A DNA stretch of 64,000 bases from Mantamonas sphyraenae STR306 (taxonomy: Eukaryota > Protista > CRuMs). The stretch covers positions 62,001-126,000 of the forward strand of contig JAPMXV010000032.1 of the NCBI GenBank assembly GCA_026936335.1, written 5' to 3'. Made by a program: the position numbers and the translations under genes. Under the pieces are notes generated by a model that saw only the letters and a list, made by a program, of their open reading frames with translations, had not been told where the DNA came from and did not search any database. Each line of letters begins with the position of its first letter. Positions within the stretch are counted from its first letter, which is position 1. Shown piece by piece: positions 22,701 to 36,449 of the stretch.

Positions 22701-25700
22701 ATGAAGATCGCCATGCGTGCGTATGCACACGATCGTCAAGTGATGATTAAGCTGCAGGCTCGTGCACGCAGACAGAACGCACGCAAGCGCTTCCTGCGCT
22801 TCCGTGCAGCCATGATCAAACTGCAAGCACAGCAGCGCATGACGGGGCCACGCGCAGACTACATGCGCAAGCGAGCGGCCGTCACCAAACTGTCCAGCGT
22901 GCATCGCATGCACATGCAGCGCAAGGAATACCATGCTCAGCGCAAGGCGGCCATCAAAATGCAGGCCTTGGGACGCAAGCATGCACAGCGCAGCCTGTAC
23001 AAGCGCCAGAAGCGTGCAGCGACGTGTCTGCAAGCTACAGCACGAATGATGAGCGAGCGAGCAGCCTTTCGACGCATCACAGCTGCCATTGTGTGCATCC
23101 AGCAGGGTTATCGTGCGTACATTGCACGCAAATACTACAAGGAAACGCAAGCCTGCATCGTGCTGCAGGCTCAATGGCGTTGCATCACTCAACGCCGCGC
23201 ATACGTTGCCGAATTGGCCCGAGCGCACGCGTCCGCACGTACTCTTCAGCGCTCGATTAAGTGCTTCCTTTTCAACGCCAAGTTGGTGCGTCATCGTGAG
23301 CGAGCCACGCGTGCAGCCACACGCATCCAGGCGCTCGTGCGCATGCGACAGCAGCGTGCACGGTACCGCATCCTGTACGAGGAGCACCGCGAGGAATTGG
23401 AACGTCAGCGAAAGGTCTTTATGGCCCAGCAGCTCGTTGCGTCGCGCCTGGGTGCAAAGTGGAAGGGCACGCTGGCGCAAAGGAAGTACCAAACGACACG
23501 CAACGGCGTTCGCTGCATGCAGGCCATCACTCGCCGCCGCATACTCAAACGCAAGGCTCTGGCCAGACAGATCCCAGCTGCCACGCGCATCCAAGCCAAT
23601 GCGCGAGGCTTCCTCGCACGCAAGCAGTATGCCCAGCGCAAACTCGAAGCCGCGCTCGCCGAAGAGCGCCGCCAACAGGAACTGGAGGCGCAACGAGAGG
23701 CTGCTGCCGCTGCCGAGGCTGCACGACGGGCACGAGAGGAGCAGGAGGCAGAAGAGGAGCGTCGGCGAGCTGAGGAGCGTGCAAACGCAGCCAACGACCT
23801 GCTTCTCAGCGGCAGCACCGGCGAAGGCGCAGCAGATTGCCGCGCCTTCAAGTTTGCAGAGTACGCTGCACGCAACTTTCAGATCCACTACGTGGCGGTG
23901 GGAAGGCAAAAGGCGGACAAAAAGGCGGTGCGGCCAGAAGAGCTGGTTGAGTGGACCAGCGAGCCTATCGAGCAGCCTCTGCACGCCTCGTTGGAAGGTG
24001 CCTATGCACGCGTGGCCATCGAATGCTTCGCTCTCATCATGAAGTACATGGGCGACACGTTTGCCAAACCCAATCCGCTGGCGTGGAGCACCAAGATTGT
24101 GGAGCGATGCCAGCAGTACCCGGCGGTGCGCAGCGAGGTGTACGCCCAGCTCTGTCGCCAACTCAACGGTACGGGCAACATGCTCAACGAACTCAAGGGA
24201 TGGCAGCTGATGGCCCTGTTGGCAGGCTTTGTGGCCCCGTCGCGAGAGTTTGCCAACTACCTCATCGGGTTTGCGCAGACGCGTATGCACCAACTGCGTA
24301 CAGAGGGGCCGTCTGCCTCGTCGGAAACAGAAAGCGCAAAGGAGGCCGCCCTGTGGGCATCTCTAGCTGTCCAACGCGTGGACAAGCTGGTGACACTTGA
24401 CACGCAGCGCACATCGGGGCCGTCCAGTGTGGAACTGGAGGCCCTGTTCAAACGCAAACATCTGCAGCTGTGGGTACAATGCAGCGACGGCACACGGAGC
24501 AGCCAGAGTGTGGACTCTCTGACGACGGCTGCCGACGTCGTGAGCCGTGTGGCGAACGAAATTGGCCTGCTCGCACCGCAAGGGTTCAAACTGCGTTTCC
24601 ACGCACAGCTGGGCCCTTCTGGTCACATCCTTGGCGAAAACTCATTTGTGATGGACCACGCCAACGCGTTGTACACCCTCCTCGACGGCGACGACGAAGA
24701 CGATTCGGACGACGAGGAGGTGGACCCAACGGATGAGGTTGCGTTTGACGAGGCCCTGTTTCATTGCCAACTCGTCAAACCGGTGGTGAAGAACGCAGAC
24801 ATTGACGAGGGCGAGCATGAAAGCAAGCGCAGGCTGCTCTTCCACCAGCTGGCGGACGATCACGCCAACAACCCGTTCTCTCAGGCTACCGGCGCTTCGG
24901 CGGGCCTGGAAGAGGTGCAGGCCAATGCACAGGCCGCAGCGCTGTACCTTTACACTCTTGTGGGCGATTCAGACACTGCAAAAGCACAGCAGGACTTTGA
25001 CATGGACGCGATGTGTGCACAGTGCGTGCCGTCCAGTGTGGCCCAGTCCGACGGGTTCCGTGAGCAAGTGTTGAAGAACTGGAACAAGCTGACGGGCTTG
25101 GACCAAGACACCAGTTTGCAGGCCTACTTGCAGGCGATGAGCCAGATGCCGACCTTTGGGGCTCAGATCTACAGGGTGGAGGTGGTGCAGAGTGAGCTGC
25201 AGATGAGCAGGCTGCCTTCGTGGTGTTTCCTGGCCATCACTGCACAGAGCCTGGATCTGTTCGATGACTCGGGGCGTGGATTGTGTCGCTTGCGCTTTGA
25301 CCAGGTCAGCAATTGCCAACTGCTGAGCAGCAGCACAGACCGATGCTCGATGATGGTGCGAGAACAACCCGACGACGCCTCGGATGTGCAAATTGTGCTC
25401 AGCTGTGAGCAGGCCGCACAGGTTGTGGACACATGCAACGACATGGCTGAGGATCTGATGAACAACGCCAAGGCGGCCGTGGCTACGGAGGCGCACCTGG
25501 TTTCAGATGGGGCCCTGCTGGCCTTTGATGTGGGCGAGCGCATTGCCATTCTCAAACGCGACGCACAGAGCGGATGGTACGAAGGGCAGATTGGCGACCG
25601 CGTGGGCTTCTTCCCGGGAAACAAGGTGGCGCTGCTTCTGGGTGACACGGAAGATGTGCAACAGATTCTGGCAGCCACACGTGCAGCCACCAAAGGCAAG

Positions 25701-27470
25701 AGCAAGGTTGGTGCCGTGGCGCGTGGCGCACGTGCACGATCGCGTGATTCGGACGGCAGCCACAGCGGAGTCATTGAAGCCGTGGCCGAACGTGGCCGAT
25801 CGTACACAAAGATGGTCAGCAAAGAGACAGAGCTGGAGGTGATGGCTGAAAAGCATTTCCGCTCGCCCGACGAGGGCATTGGCGGCTGGCTGATGAGCTC
25901 GTTTGCAGGCACGGACTGGAAACCCGTGCTGAATCACAGCAAGGACCCGCTCAAGGCGTCGCTGCTGAACACGGACGACGCTGTGGTCAACGTGCAGGCT
26001 GTGGAGAGCTTCAAGACCATTATGCGCTTCATGGGCGACTTTCCAATCGCAGCAGGCGTGGTGTCGAGCACGGTGGGGGTCGGCGTCGGCAAAGGCACGT
26101 CCAGCGCAGATGTCGCACGGTTCGCCCTGGCACAGGCTCTGGTCAAGCAAGGACTGGGTTACGGGCCCGAAATGCGCACTGAGATTGTGTTTCAGCTGGT
26201 GAAACAGTGCAGCAGCAACCCAAGCGTGAGCGGTTTGGTCAAGGGTCTGCAGCTGCTCTCGGTGGTGCTGAGCTGCTTTGGACCGCGTGAAGACATGGTG
26301 CAGTACCTTCGTGGCGGTTTCTTGCAGGTGCAGGTGCAGCACAAGGACGCAAAGGTGCGCACGTGGGTCAAGCAGTGCCAGCGCGTGCTGAAGCAGACTC
26401 GTTCCGTGGGCCATCGCGAGCGTGCTCCGTCGCTGAAGGAGGTGCAAGCCATGTTGGAGGAGCGCCCCGTGGCATTTACGGTGAACGTGGTCGACGGAAG
26501 CTGTCAACTGGTGCTGGGCGACTCGTACACGACAGCGTCGCACACGCTGAGGCAGGTTGCACGACACCTGCAACTCACAGGAGACATAGGCTTTGCCCTG
26601 TTTGTACAGATGCCCAGTGGAGTGTCGCGCAGTCTGCGCGACAGGGAGCGCGTCATGGATGTGCTGGCAGAGTGGGAAGAGATCGCACGCACGGTGCACC
26701 TGGCCGGCGGGGGAGCAGGCAGCAGCGACAGCAGTGGCAGGACCAAGGCTGAGTTTGCGTTGGTGTTCCAGCGCAAGATGTATCTGGAAACACACGACGA
26801 CAGCAGCAACGTGCGCTACGTGGCACTGCAGTACCACCAGCAAGTGAACCAGATCCTGACCACGCGCTTCCCGTGCGACGAAGACGATGCGGTGCACCTG
26901 GCTGCGGTGCAACTCAAGGTGCTGGAAATGGAGCTGGGCGAAGAGTGGGATGAGAGCGATGTGCAGGAGCAGCTGAAGATGGACATCAAGCAATGTGTGC
27001 CTCGGTACCTGCTGCACAACCGCAAGACAGACGAGTGGGTGGCAGACATCGTGGCCCAGTGGTCTACACTGGAGTTTAAGAGTGAGTACGTGGGCCAGCT
27101 GGCGTACATCAAATACTGCAAGCAGTGGCCGCTGTTTGGAGCGTCCCTTTTCGCTGTGGAACAGCACGAACACAGCGACGAATTGCCACAGTTTCTGTGG
27201 TGTGCCGTCACGTGTGAGGGAATCCACCTGTTGCCCGTGAACGAAAAGGTGCCCGTGCTTGAGTACCGCTGGAAGGACGTGGTGCAGTTTGTGTACTTTG
27301 ACCGGCAGTTTAGCATTGTGCACGGCGACCTGATGGAGAGTCACCGCTTGGATCTGGTCAGTGACGAGGCTCAGGAGATTTCAGAGACGTGTGAGGCGTT
27401 CATGCAGTGGTACGTGGAGAACAGTGACCACATTCGCAAGCGATCCTTCACGTTCCTTGCCAAACGATGA
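19716..27470 (+). CDS. Unconventional myosin: motor, ~16 IQ, SAH, MyTH4-FERM, SH3, MyTH4-FERM (myosin VII-like)
   Basis: [43 protein letters not shown]3 (GWYEGQ..GFFP). Introns 19827-19975, 20394-20544, 20559-20755, 20841-20939, 21041-21128. Confidence 0.93.
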
Positions 27471-27523
27471 TGCGGGATGCAATCGAATACAGCCGAGGTT
27501 GTTTGTTCCATTTCACGCAACAA

Positions 27524-29682
27524 CTACAGATTTTCAGTTTCCACCATCACTCCCACCTCGTGTTCTGTGAAAAGCGGGCCCAGGCGAAGAAAGACGAGGA
27601 TTTCCTCGAGCTGCTTTGCGTCGATACCCTTGCGATGCTGCGCCATGTGGGAGACAATGTCGTACTTGACGTTGAGGATTTTTGTGTCTGTGTCTGTCTT
27701 GCGGTCGAGGAGAAAGTGCAGGAGGCCCGGTGTGTCGAGGAGGAGGTGAGTGCCAAACTCGTGCTGGCTGAGCGCAAACATTGCTTGCAGCACACCCCAG
27801 CGCAGCTCCGGCAGCGGGATGTCCAGATAGTCCATCCAGGGATCGGAGAGGCGAGAGGACGAGTTGCGAGTGACCCATTGCTCGCTGTCGTCCAGCACAT
27901 GCATAAGACAGCAGGTGAGAGCATTCAGAGCGCTCACTCGGATGTCCTGTGAAGGAGGCTGTGCCACGAGCTGGAGGACCAAGGCCATGATGTCTGTGTC
28001 CTTGTCGTGTTGGCTGTCCATGAGTCGCTCGCAGGCACTGCGCCGCACGCCTACATACGCGACGGCGTTGAGAGCGTCGACGAGGCGCCCTCGCAGCATC
28101 TCGTCCTCCAACCCCTGTCGCACCTTGGCTACCAACATAGGTGCAAAGCTGTTCGTGGTTGTTTCGTCGTTGCCTGCATAGAGGGCGGCCACACACGTGA
28201 CGAGGTCGCCGTGCACCAGGCTGGCAAAGAGATGGTCGTCGATGCGGTCGAGCATAGTCCACACGGCATCCACGACGCCCAAATGCTGCAAGAACGAAGC
28301 CCCTGCTTCGGTGGGTGCCATCTCTTGCACGATCTGCAGTGCGTTCAGCTGCACCAGGAGGTCGTCGTTGCGCAGTTCGTTGCGCAGCGTGTCCATCACG
28401 CCACTCTCACGCACGAGATCCACCTGCTTCTCCGAACCCTTTGCCACCACTCTTGCAAACAGTTGGAGAATACGAAACTCCACGGTGGCGTCGTTGGCAA
28501 TGTCGCTTCCCAGGGCCAGCTCCACCAGCGTTTGCAACTTCTGTGAGTCGCCCAACGCTGCATCCAGAAGCTGCTTTCCTGCCTCCTGCGACGACTCGGC
28601 GTCGCCTCCAGCCAGAGTCGCACACAGTTGCGTCAGATCGAGCAGATCCTGTGTCGAAGCCGCCTGTGTGGGTGACACACTTGAGTTTGTGCTTGAACTA
28701 CTGCTTGAGCTTGCTGTGTTGCTGGCCGTCTGGGCATTCCACCCCGACAGATTGAACACCCAAAAGTCGACGTCAATCGTCACGTTGTCCTTGCGATGAA
28801 AGGCATACGAGGCAGGAAGGATGTAGGCGAGCTGCGCGAGCACCTTGCCCGTGGCACCCCAGCTCTCGGCCATTTTGGCCACGTGGTCACGCGTCGAAGT
28901 CTTGTGCAAGCTGTACACAAAGCCATCGGCGATCTGAAAGGTGTGTATGGCGCATGGACTGGGTCAGCATGAGCAGGCATGGGAAGATGGCCACTTGGTG
29001 GGGGGGGGGGACCACCCTACGCAAGCGTCCGACTCACCTTGAAGGCACACTGCAGGAACAGCATGTCCAGGCCCTGCATGCGGGTGCCAAAGGGCGGGTT
29101 GGTAATAACCACATCTGCGTGGAGCTGCGCATACTTATCAGGCACGTGCAGTGAGCGCAGGGCATCTGCGTCCAGCGGTTCAACAGGGGCAAGATTGGCC
29201 CCGACTTTCCGCCCTCGTCCGCCTCCTTTGCTACCACGGCCTCGTGCACTCTGCTGCTGCTTCTTACGTCCACCCTTGGCCTTGCCACCGTCGTTACCGC
29301 CGCCACCGCCGCTGCTTTGCGCCACACGCTCTTCAGTGGACTCGCCTAGCATGTACTCGAGAACGTCAAAGGGTTGCAGCTCCACAGTGTCTTCCAGCTC
29401 CATGGCGGCCACATTTTGTTCGGCAATGGCCATGGCAGCCTCGTCGAGTTCGAGTCCTGTGACGTGTGCAGCGCCCATGAGAGCACAGCCGATGCCAAGC
29501 ATGCCTGTGCCACAACCCAGATCCACGACCGTCTTGCCTTCCACCTCGTCGGCGATTTCCCACAACGCATACGACGCCAGCTCGGCGTTGGTGATGTACT
29601 GTTCCAGCTCGATGCGGGGCGACTCAAAGTCATCCAGCTCCTGCAGGAGACCCTCGAGCTGCTTTCGCTTGCGCACGAGCAT
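27524..29682 (-). CDS. METTL5: METTL5 rRNA m6A methyltransferase fused to a PSMD5-like (26S proteasome assembly chaperone) ARM domain
   Basis: LEQYIT, DLGCGTG, NPPFGT, YSLHKTSTR, YAFH..IDVD. Intron 29037-28934. The same exon continues without a stop into an ARM region with DDLLVQLNALQ and PELRW..PGLLHFLLDR..KYDIV, which resemble PSMD5. Confidence 0.85.
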
Positions 29683-29812
29683 GGGACAATGAGTGCGTGG
29701 GAGTTGGGTTTTGGTGTGGCGCTGGCGGAGCCACCATCGACCTCACACACAAAGGACTCTCCCGCGCACCGCTCGCCCATCCTTTCGACAGAAACACACA
29801 CGGCAAGAGACC

Positions 29813-31239
29813 ATGGTTCGATCGCGCAAGAAGAAGTCCATCCGAGAGCAGCGGGAGGAGCTGCAAAAGAGCATGCTGCCGAACGAGAGCGTGGTGACGT
29901 TCACGGGCAAGGCAACACGCCAGAACGCAAAGACACAGCGCATGTACATCCTGGGTGCGCTGGGCGTGGCGTTACTGCTTGGGTTGTTCTGGTGGGTCAG
30001 TGGAGCGCGTGCACGTGCTCTCAGCTCGTTTGCCGAAGGCCACAAATTCGAGTTCAATCCAGCCAGCAACCGCTTCTTCAAAAAGGAGCAGGGTGAGTTT
30101 TCGCTGTTGCACCGTGGCGAACGGTCGGCGGCGTCCAATGTGATGAAGGGCCAGTACGGAGCGGCCAACCGCGACGTGACAGTGTTTGACCTGAGCTACA
30201 CGGAGTCGGTGATGACCAAGGGCAAGAAGTACCGCAAGAAGATTACGGAAAAGACGTATGGCGCCAGTGGTGTGATCATGAAGGCCAACACGGCAGTGAC
30301 GCCGGAAGAGGAGCAGCGGCAGTTTTGCCCGCTGGTGATTCGTCCACGCACCCTGATCCAGCTGTGGGCCAACCGCGCCAACGAAGACCTGTCGCTGGCC
30401 GGCGTGGAGCCCAGTGCCCCTGCAGGCATCACTTTGCCCAAGCTCTTTGGTGACAAGAAGAAGAAGGACGAGGATGCGACGCAGGAGGAGGGCAAGGACA
30501 CCGAGGCAACGGAGCCCGAGCCCGAGCCCGAGCCCGAACAGCCGGCCACGCCGCTTGTCGAGCCCTCTGCTGCCGCACTGGCGTTCAACGAGGTAAGTCC
30601 ATGAAGCAAAGGCGTGAGGTGGGAGCTTGTGTGACACGTGGGTGCAGGTCTGCGAGTGTGTGTGTGCGTGTGTGCCACGTGGCGGCCGACAAGGCTCGGT
30701 GACACGTGTCTCTTCCCGTGAGCTGGGAGGGCTCTGTTGGCACAAAACTGACATCCGTTTGCTCGCCGCTGCGGTTCCTCACCCATGTACAGTCGTTCAC
30801 TGTGCGCTCTCTGTGTTCCGATGAGGTTGTGCAGCAGCTGTTGACTGACGAGGTGATGGTGCTGATGTCCAACTTCACGGGAGTCGTGGTGGAAATGCAG
30901 GGCGACTCCCTCATGGTGTACTCCGAGGTGACGCTTGAGACCGACGAGCTGGACCAGATCATGGAGGCTGCCGACCAATTGCTGCAGACTCTGCCCCATG
31001 TGCCCACCCCCATCGACGAGATCAAGGCACACCCGGTCAAAGAGGACGAGAATGCTGACGAGGACGCCGACGCCGACGCCGACGCCCCAGCCAAGGACTC
31101 TGCAGAGCAAACCACAAACGACGCAACCGCCACCGCCGACGACGCTGCCTCGGCTGCCGACAACGCAGCAGCGGCCACAGACGAAGCCGCTGCTGCTGAC
31201 ACACAGGCTGTTGAGGCCGACAACGAAGCAGCAGCATGA
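29813..31239 (+). CDS. Single-pass membrane protein with bacterial-like (DUF3137-like) domain and acidic Ala/Asp tail
   Basis: TM segment MYILGALGVALLLGLFWWV; intron 30593-30792 (gtaagt..cag) joins the two ORFs in frame. Confidence 0.7.
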
Positions 31240-31322
31240 GCCTCAGCAGTGCAGCTGTGAGGACCAGAAGGAAACAAGTTGTTCTTTGTGAATTCTTTGA
31301 ATGTGTCCATGTTTATTGTCCA

Positions 31323-34300
31323 TCATGCGCGCTGGATCTCGGCAAATGCCTTGCGTCCAGCCCCGTTGTTGCCTGTTGTCTCTTGGTCCTCCTGGATGTC
31401 CAAGCCAATGTCCTCCAGGTCCAGCTTGGAACCCATGTTCTCTGGCGTGTTTTCGTCTTGGGGCATGGGGATGGGGCTCTTGTCGCCGCCAAAGACCTTG
31501 GCAAGGTGCGGGTTCTCCTGCACACGCGACGTGACATGCAGCTCGGACAGAGGCACGGCCAGCGTTGCCTCTGGCTTCTGCTTCGCCTCGCTGCTGTCGT
31601 CCTCGTCCTCGTTTGTGCTGTTGTCCTGCGAGCGGAACTCATCCAGGATTTCCTCGTGAGAGCGAGCTTGCACAAGGTCCGCAGGGATGTGCACCGTCTT
31701 CTTTTGCGGCGTGAAGCCTGTGCGCACGTCCTCCTTGAACGAACCAAAGAAGTACGTTGTGTCCTGCTTGATGTTTTGCACCAGATCGTTCTGAGACTCG
31801 ATGTGTGCCTCGGTGCGCTGCACAGCGTCACCCTGGGCGTTGGCCCACGCCGTCGCCTTGCTGCTGTGCTGCGACTCCATCAGCTCCGTGCCCGCCACAA
31901 TCTGACTCTGCACAATGTCGTTGACCTTGGCCACGCTCTCGCTCGTCTGCTGCGTCGTTTCGCCGGCAAACGTCTCCACACTCTTGGCATAGCCGCTCAC
32001 GGCGTCCTTGTGGGCGTTGATCGCCGTCGTCATCTGCTCCTGCACCGCTTGCACCGGCGCATTCAGTGCAGCCTGAGCCTGCTCCACGCTGGTCACGTTG
32101 GCCTGTGCGGCCTCGGCCGAGGTAATGCCAAGCTGAGCCAGCTGCTGGCGTTGTGCCTGCTGCACCGAGTTGTTTTGTGCCATCCACGCCGATTCGCTCT
32201 CCGTGGCAGTGCTCAGCAGTGTTTCCACGCTTCCCTCAAATCCGCACAGGCGTTGCTTGCTGGATGTGTTCTGCATGCCCACCTGCTCCCGAAGTGCTGC
32301 CTGTGCCGAAGCCTCGTTTGTGCTCCATGCGCTGAACATGGCACCGATGTTCTTCAACACCTCGGCCTGCGTTCGCTCGCTCTCTGCCTTTTGGGCGTCC
32401 AGGTACGCATTCACGCGTGCCTGCTCACCCTCCAGCTGGGCCTCCATGTCGGCGTGCATGCTCTGCACCTCCTGCTGCACTTGCGTACGCCACTCTGCGT
32501 TCGAAGCCACAAACGCCTCCGTGGCCTCGGCTTGTGCTGCCAGCTGAGCCTGCATGTTTGCAGTCCATGCGCTGATGCTTTCCTGCTGGGCCAGCACCTG
32601 TGTACGGAACGCCTCCAGACTGGCCTCCATGCTCGAACGCACCGCGTCCACGCAAGCGGTGACAGCCGCTTGAGCCTGAGCCTGTGTCGCGGCCACGTCG
32701 CTCTCAAAGCTGCCATGTGCCTGCACAAACGCGTCGACCTGCGCCGTCTGCTGGGCCTGCATTGACGCCATCGCCTGCACAAGAGCACCTGCCGCTGTGG
32801 TGACGCCTGCGCTCTGCACCTTCATCCACTCTGCAAACGAGCCCATCTCTGCCTGAAGGGCCTCAAACTGGTCGCGTTGCTCGGCCTCAAACGCGCTGTT
32901 GCGCTCTTGCACGCTGCCCAGACGTCGGTTCAGGTGTGCGTTGAAGCGCTGGCTGCGCGTCTTGTTCTCCGAGTGCACGGCTGCCTTGCGTGCAATCTTG
33001 GCATGCAGACCCTTGGTGTCGCCCACAGTCTCCTCCAGACTGCTCTTCAACGATTGCGCCTGCCCGTACAGCTGTTCGTGTGTCTGTTCCTGTGCTCGGA
33101 TGATCGCGTTTCGCTCAGCACACTCCGCCATGCTCTTCTCCAGCTCTGCCATCATCATTGCTCGCGTGCTCTCAAACTCTTCCTGCAGTTCGGTCAGCTC
33201 CTGATCCTTGGCCTTGAACAGCAGCTTCACCTGCTCCAGCTCCTTGCTGCGCGTGCCCATCCTGTCCTGCATCTCCTCCAGTTGCGCCTTTTGCATGCGC
33301 AGGTCCATTTCCATCTGCTCATAGTCCGCCGTGGGCAGGTACACGCCGTTCTTGTCGCGTGCGGTTGCCAGCAGCTCCTTCAAGCGCTCGATCTCCTTGC
33401 TGAGGTCCTTGATCAGGCTCTTTTTGGTCAGCGTCGAGTTGACCTTGGGTGTGTTCTTGATGTTTTTGGCCCGGTTGGCGTACTCCAGCGTCGAGAGCGT
33501 TTCTTCCAGTGCCGTGGCGCTCGGAGTGATTGTGGCAATGATGCACGTCTTGGCCTTGCCACCCAACGAGTCCTGCAGCAGACGCGTCAGCTTGGATTCA
33601 CGGTACGGGATATGCCCGCGGCCTTGGTGATCCACAAGCGCGCTGATCACTCGTCCCAACGTCAGCAGCGACTGGTTGATCTTGCCTGCCTCGCGGGCTC
33701 GCTTCTTTTGCGCTCCGCTCTTGCCGATGCATTCCGAGCCTGCCAGATCGACCAGGTGAATCTTGCCCACCTTGATGGTCTCGTCTCCGCTCTCCTCCTG
33801 CTCCTTCATGACCAGCGACAGCGTGCAGATGCTGTGCGAACGGGAACTGCGCTCGTTCATGTTTGTCGAGGCCTGTGCGCGACGCTCTTGCGCCGTGTCC
33901 AGCAGAGTGAAGATCTGCTCACGGCTTTGAGCCGTCAGCACAACCTCCTCTACGTTGTTGATCTGTGTGGCGAGTTTCGTGTCCATGCCACGCCCCATGC
34001 ACATGTGTGAGTCGTGGGAAAACGTTTGCGCGCCAAAACACGGCAAACGGTAAGCTGTCTGCGCGGTTCAAAAAAAGTGCGCCCACATACCTTGACACCC
34101 GTCTTGGCATCCTCAAAGATGCGCAGGTCCTTGGGCGAGTCATCGAGCAAATCGCGAAGCTGCTCGTTGTAGATTTCCACAAACGAGACACGCACAGAGT
34201 AGTCTGTGGAGTCGAGCGTGTCGAAAATGTGATTGACGGCTCGCGGGAGCACGCCGGCTTGCGCCGCGTCGCTGCGGTCGCCCTCCATGGTAAACGTCTT

Positions 34301-34627
34301 GCCCGAGCCAGTCATGCCGTATGCAAAGATGGTGGACGTGAAGCCGGCCAGGGCCTCGTCCACGAGCGGCTCCACGCATGTGGTGTACAGTTCCTCCTGC
34401 GACGTGTCCTCGCCAAAAACATAGTCAAAGTTGTAGGACTTGGACATGGCCTTCTTGCTTGAAGAGCCGCCGTGTACGACGCTCACCTGCGAGCGGCTGC
34501 TGGAGCACGTCAGGGTGCGCTTTCCACTCTGAGAGAGCTCGCGCGAGTTCATCGGCCTGCAACGCACTGCGACCTTGACGTTCACAGTCTGGTCTTCGGC
34601 GTTGGATGATGATGATGATGATGACAT
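31323..34627 (-). CDS. KIF11: Kinesin-5 (BimC/Eg5 family) motor
   Basis: NVKVAVRCRP, FAYGMTGSGKTFTMEG, SSRSH, LVDLAGSE, HIPYRESKLTRLLQDSLGG, RDKNGVY, BimC box TGFTPQKK; intron 33963-34090. Confidence 0.93.
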
Positions 34628-34745
34628 GGTGATGTGGGGTGATGTGGGGTGGTGATGAATGGATGGGGTTGGTTGGTTTGAAAAGCGGTGGTTGTTTTTC
34701 TTGGCACAAAGCGCGCAAAGACCTGCGCCAGGCAGCATGCTCTGC

Positions 34746-36449
34746 TCACTCCTCGAAAATGTCGCCCGCATCCATCTTGGCCTGCAGACGCGCAAGTTCG
34801 TCTTGTGTGCACATAGCAGGGGTGGCAAACTCCATCGCATATGTGCACTTGGCCGGCTCCGAGACTGCCAGGATCGCGTTGTTTGCTCCGCACGTCAGCT
34901 TGACCGTGGTCGAGCGCACAGGCCCCTGCCAGCACGAGTCGCCGTTGGCATACTTCATCTCAGTGTACTTTTGTGTCCACGAGCCCCACGTGCCAATGTT
35001 TGACGAGGCCTGGCGTGTGCTCTTGAACGGACACAGCTCGTAGCGGTACTCGCGAGTGGTCAGATCCACACACACGTCGTACAGCGGATAAAACTCGCTA
35101 TCTGCGCCAAAGTCCATCCCCAGCACCTTGTTCAGCTCGTCGATCTCAGACGTCACGCTCTTGAGCTCGCCCTCCACGGCCTCCACGGCCTTGCGGGCTT
35201 GTTCTGCCTCTGTGTGTACGTGTGGTTTGGAAGTGACGAGCATGGGCGTAGAGAAAGGGTGTCAGTTGCGCTGCTGCGAGGTGGCCGCCGTGCCGTGGTG
35301 CCGTGCGGGCCGAATACGAGAGGTTGTTTTGTCCGCACCTGTGGGAAACAACGACTGCACCAAGCCAAGCACGGCATCGCGCACTGCACCAAGGGGCTTG
35401 AACAACACGTTTGCCAGCCCCTGCTTGCCTCCCTCCTTTTCAGACGCACCTGGGTCCGTGTACGTGGGCGCCTGCTCTTCCTCCTCCTCCTCCTCCTCCT
35501 TTGACTCTGCGGTTTCGTCGTTTGTGTCCTCATTTGTCACCACTTCCTGCTCCTCGGGCACATTGCCCTCCTCTGCCGCCTTTGCCTCTTCCTCCGCCTT
35601 CTTCTGCGCCTGTTCCAGTTCCCACGCAGTCTTGCGTGCTTCGCGCTCCAGCTCCTCCGCGCTCTCCTTTCGCTTCTTCTCCTCTGTAGCGGTGTTGTGT
35701 GTGTGTGTGTGTGTAACACAGCGATCCGTGTGGCAAGGCGATTGCGCAATGTCCCATTCCAACGGCCATTGTCATTGTCACGAGGCGTGGGCGATACACG
35801 AGGCGTGCGCAGAGAAAAGGTGTCAGCTTCCGACTTCGCTGACGTCATGCACGCCCCCGATTTCAAACTTACCCTCCTTGCTCGTACGATCTTGCTCCAG
35901 CTCACTCTTCTTCACCTGCAGCTCCTCCAGGCGGGATTGCTTCTCAGCCAGCGCCTTTTTGCCCTCTTGCGCCCACTGCTCGCGCACGGTCACACCCGCC
36001 TTGTACGCGGCGAGTTTCGCCTCAAAGGCCGCACGTGCCTCCGCGCCTGCCTCCACGCACGTGTCCTTGCACGTCACACTGCCGTCGTACTCGTCGCTTC
36101 CGTCGCAACAATCGCAGATCCCGTCGTTTACATGGCCGCTGGGGATGCTCTTGCTGCGGTAGCCCTTGTTCACGCACGTGAACTGAGCGTTGTTGCACGC
36201 GCTTGTGCCGGGCTCGTCGCTCCCGTCCTCGCAATCGCAGTAGTCGTCGTTCACTCGCTCAAACGTAACACTGCCTGATCCATCCAAACACTGGAACATG
36301 CCCGACTCCCTGGCCCCTTCATAGACGTCCAGCTGACTGCTTGCCACGCCCCGGTTCCACTCTGTCCTTTCGCCGCACACCACAGATGTACATACAAGTG
36401 CCACCATTACCCCTGCAACAATGGCTGCGTTTGTCCACCCCGCCCTCAT
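34746..36449 (-). CDS. PRKCSH: Glucosidase II beta subunit
   Basis: Signal peptide, VNDDYCDCEDGSDEPGTSAC, VNDGICDCCDGSDE, MRH domain YELCPF..YANGDSCWQGPVRS..EPAKCTY. Exons approx. 36449-35873, 35683-35450, 35209-34746. Confidence 0.93.
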
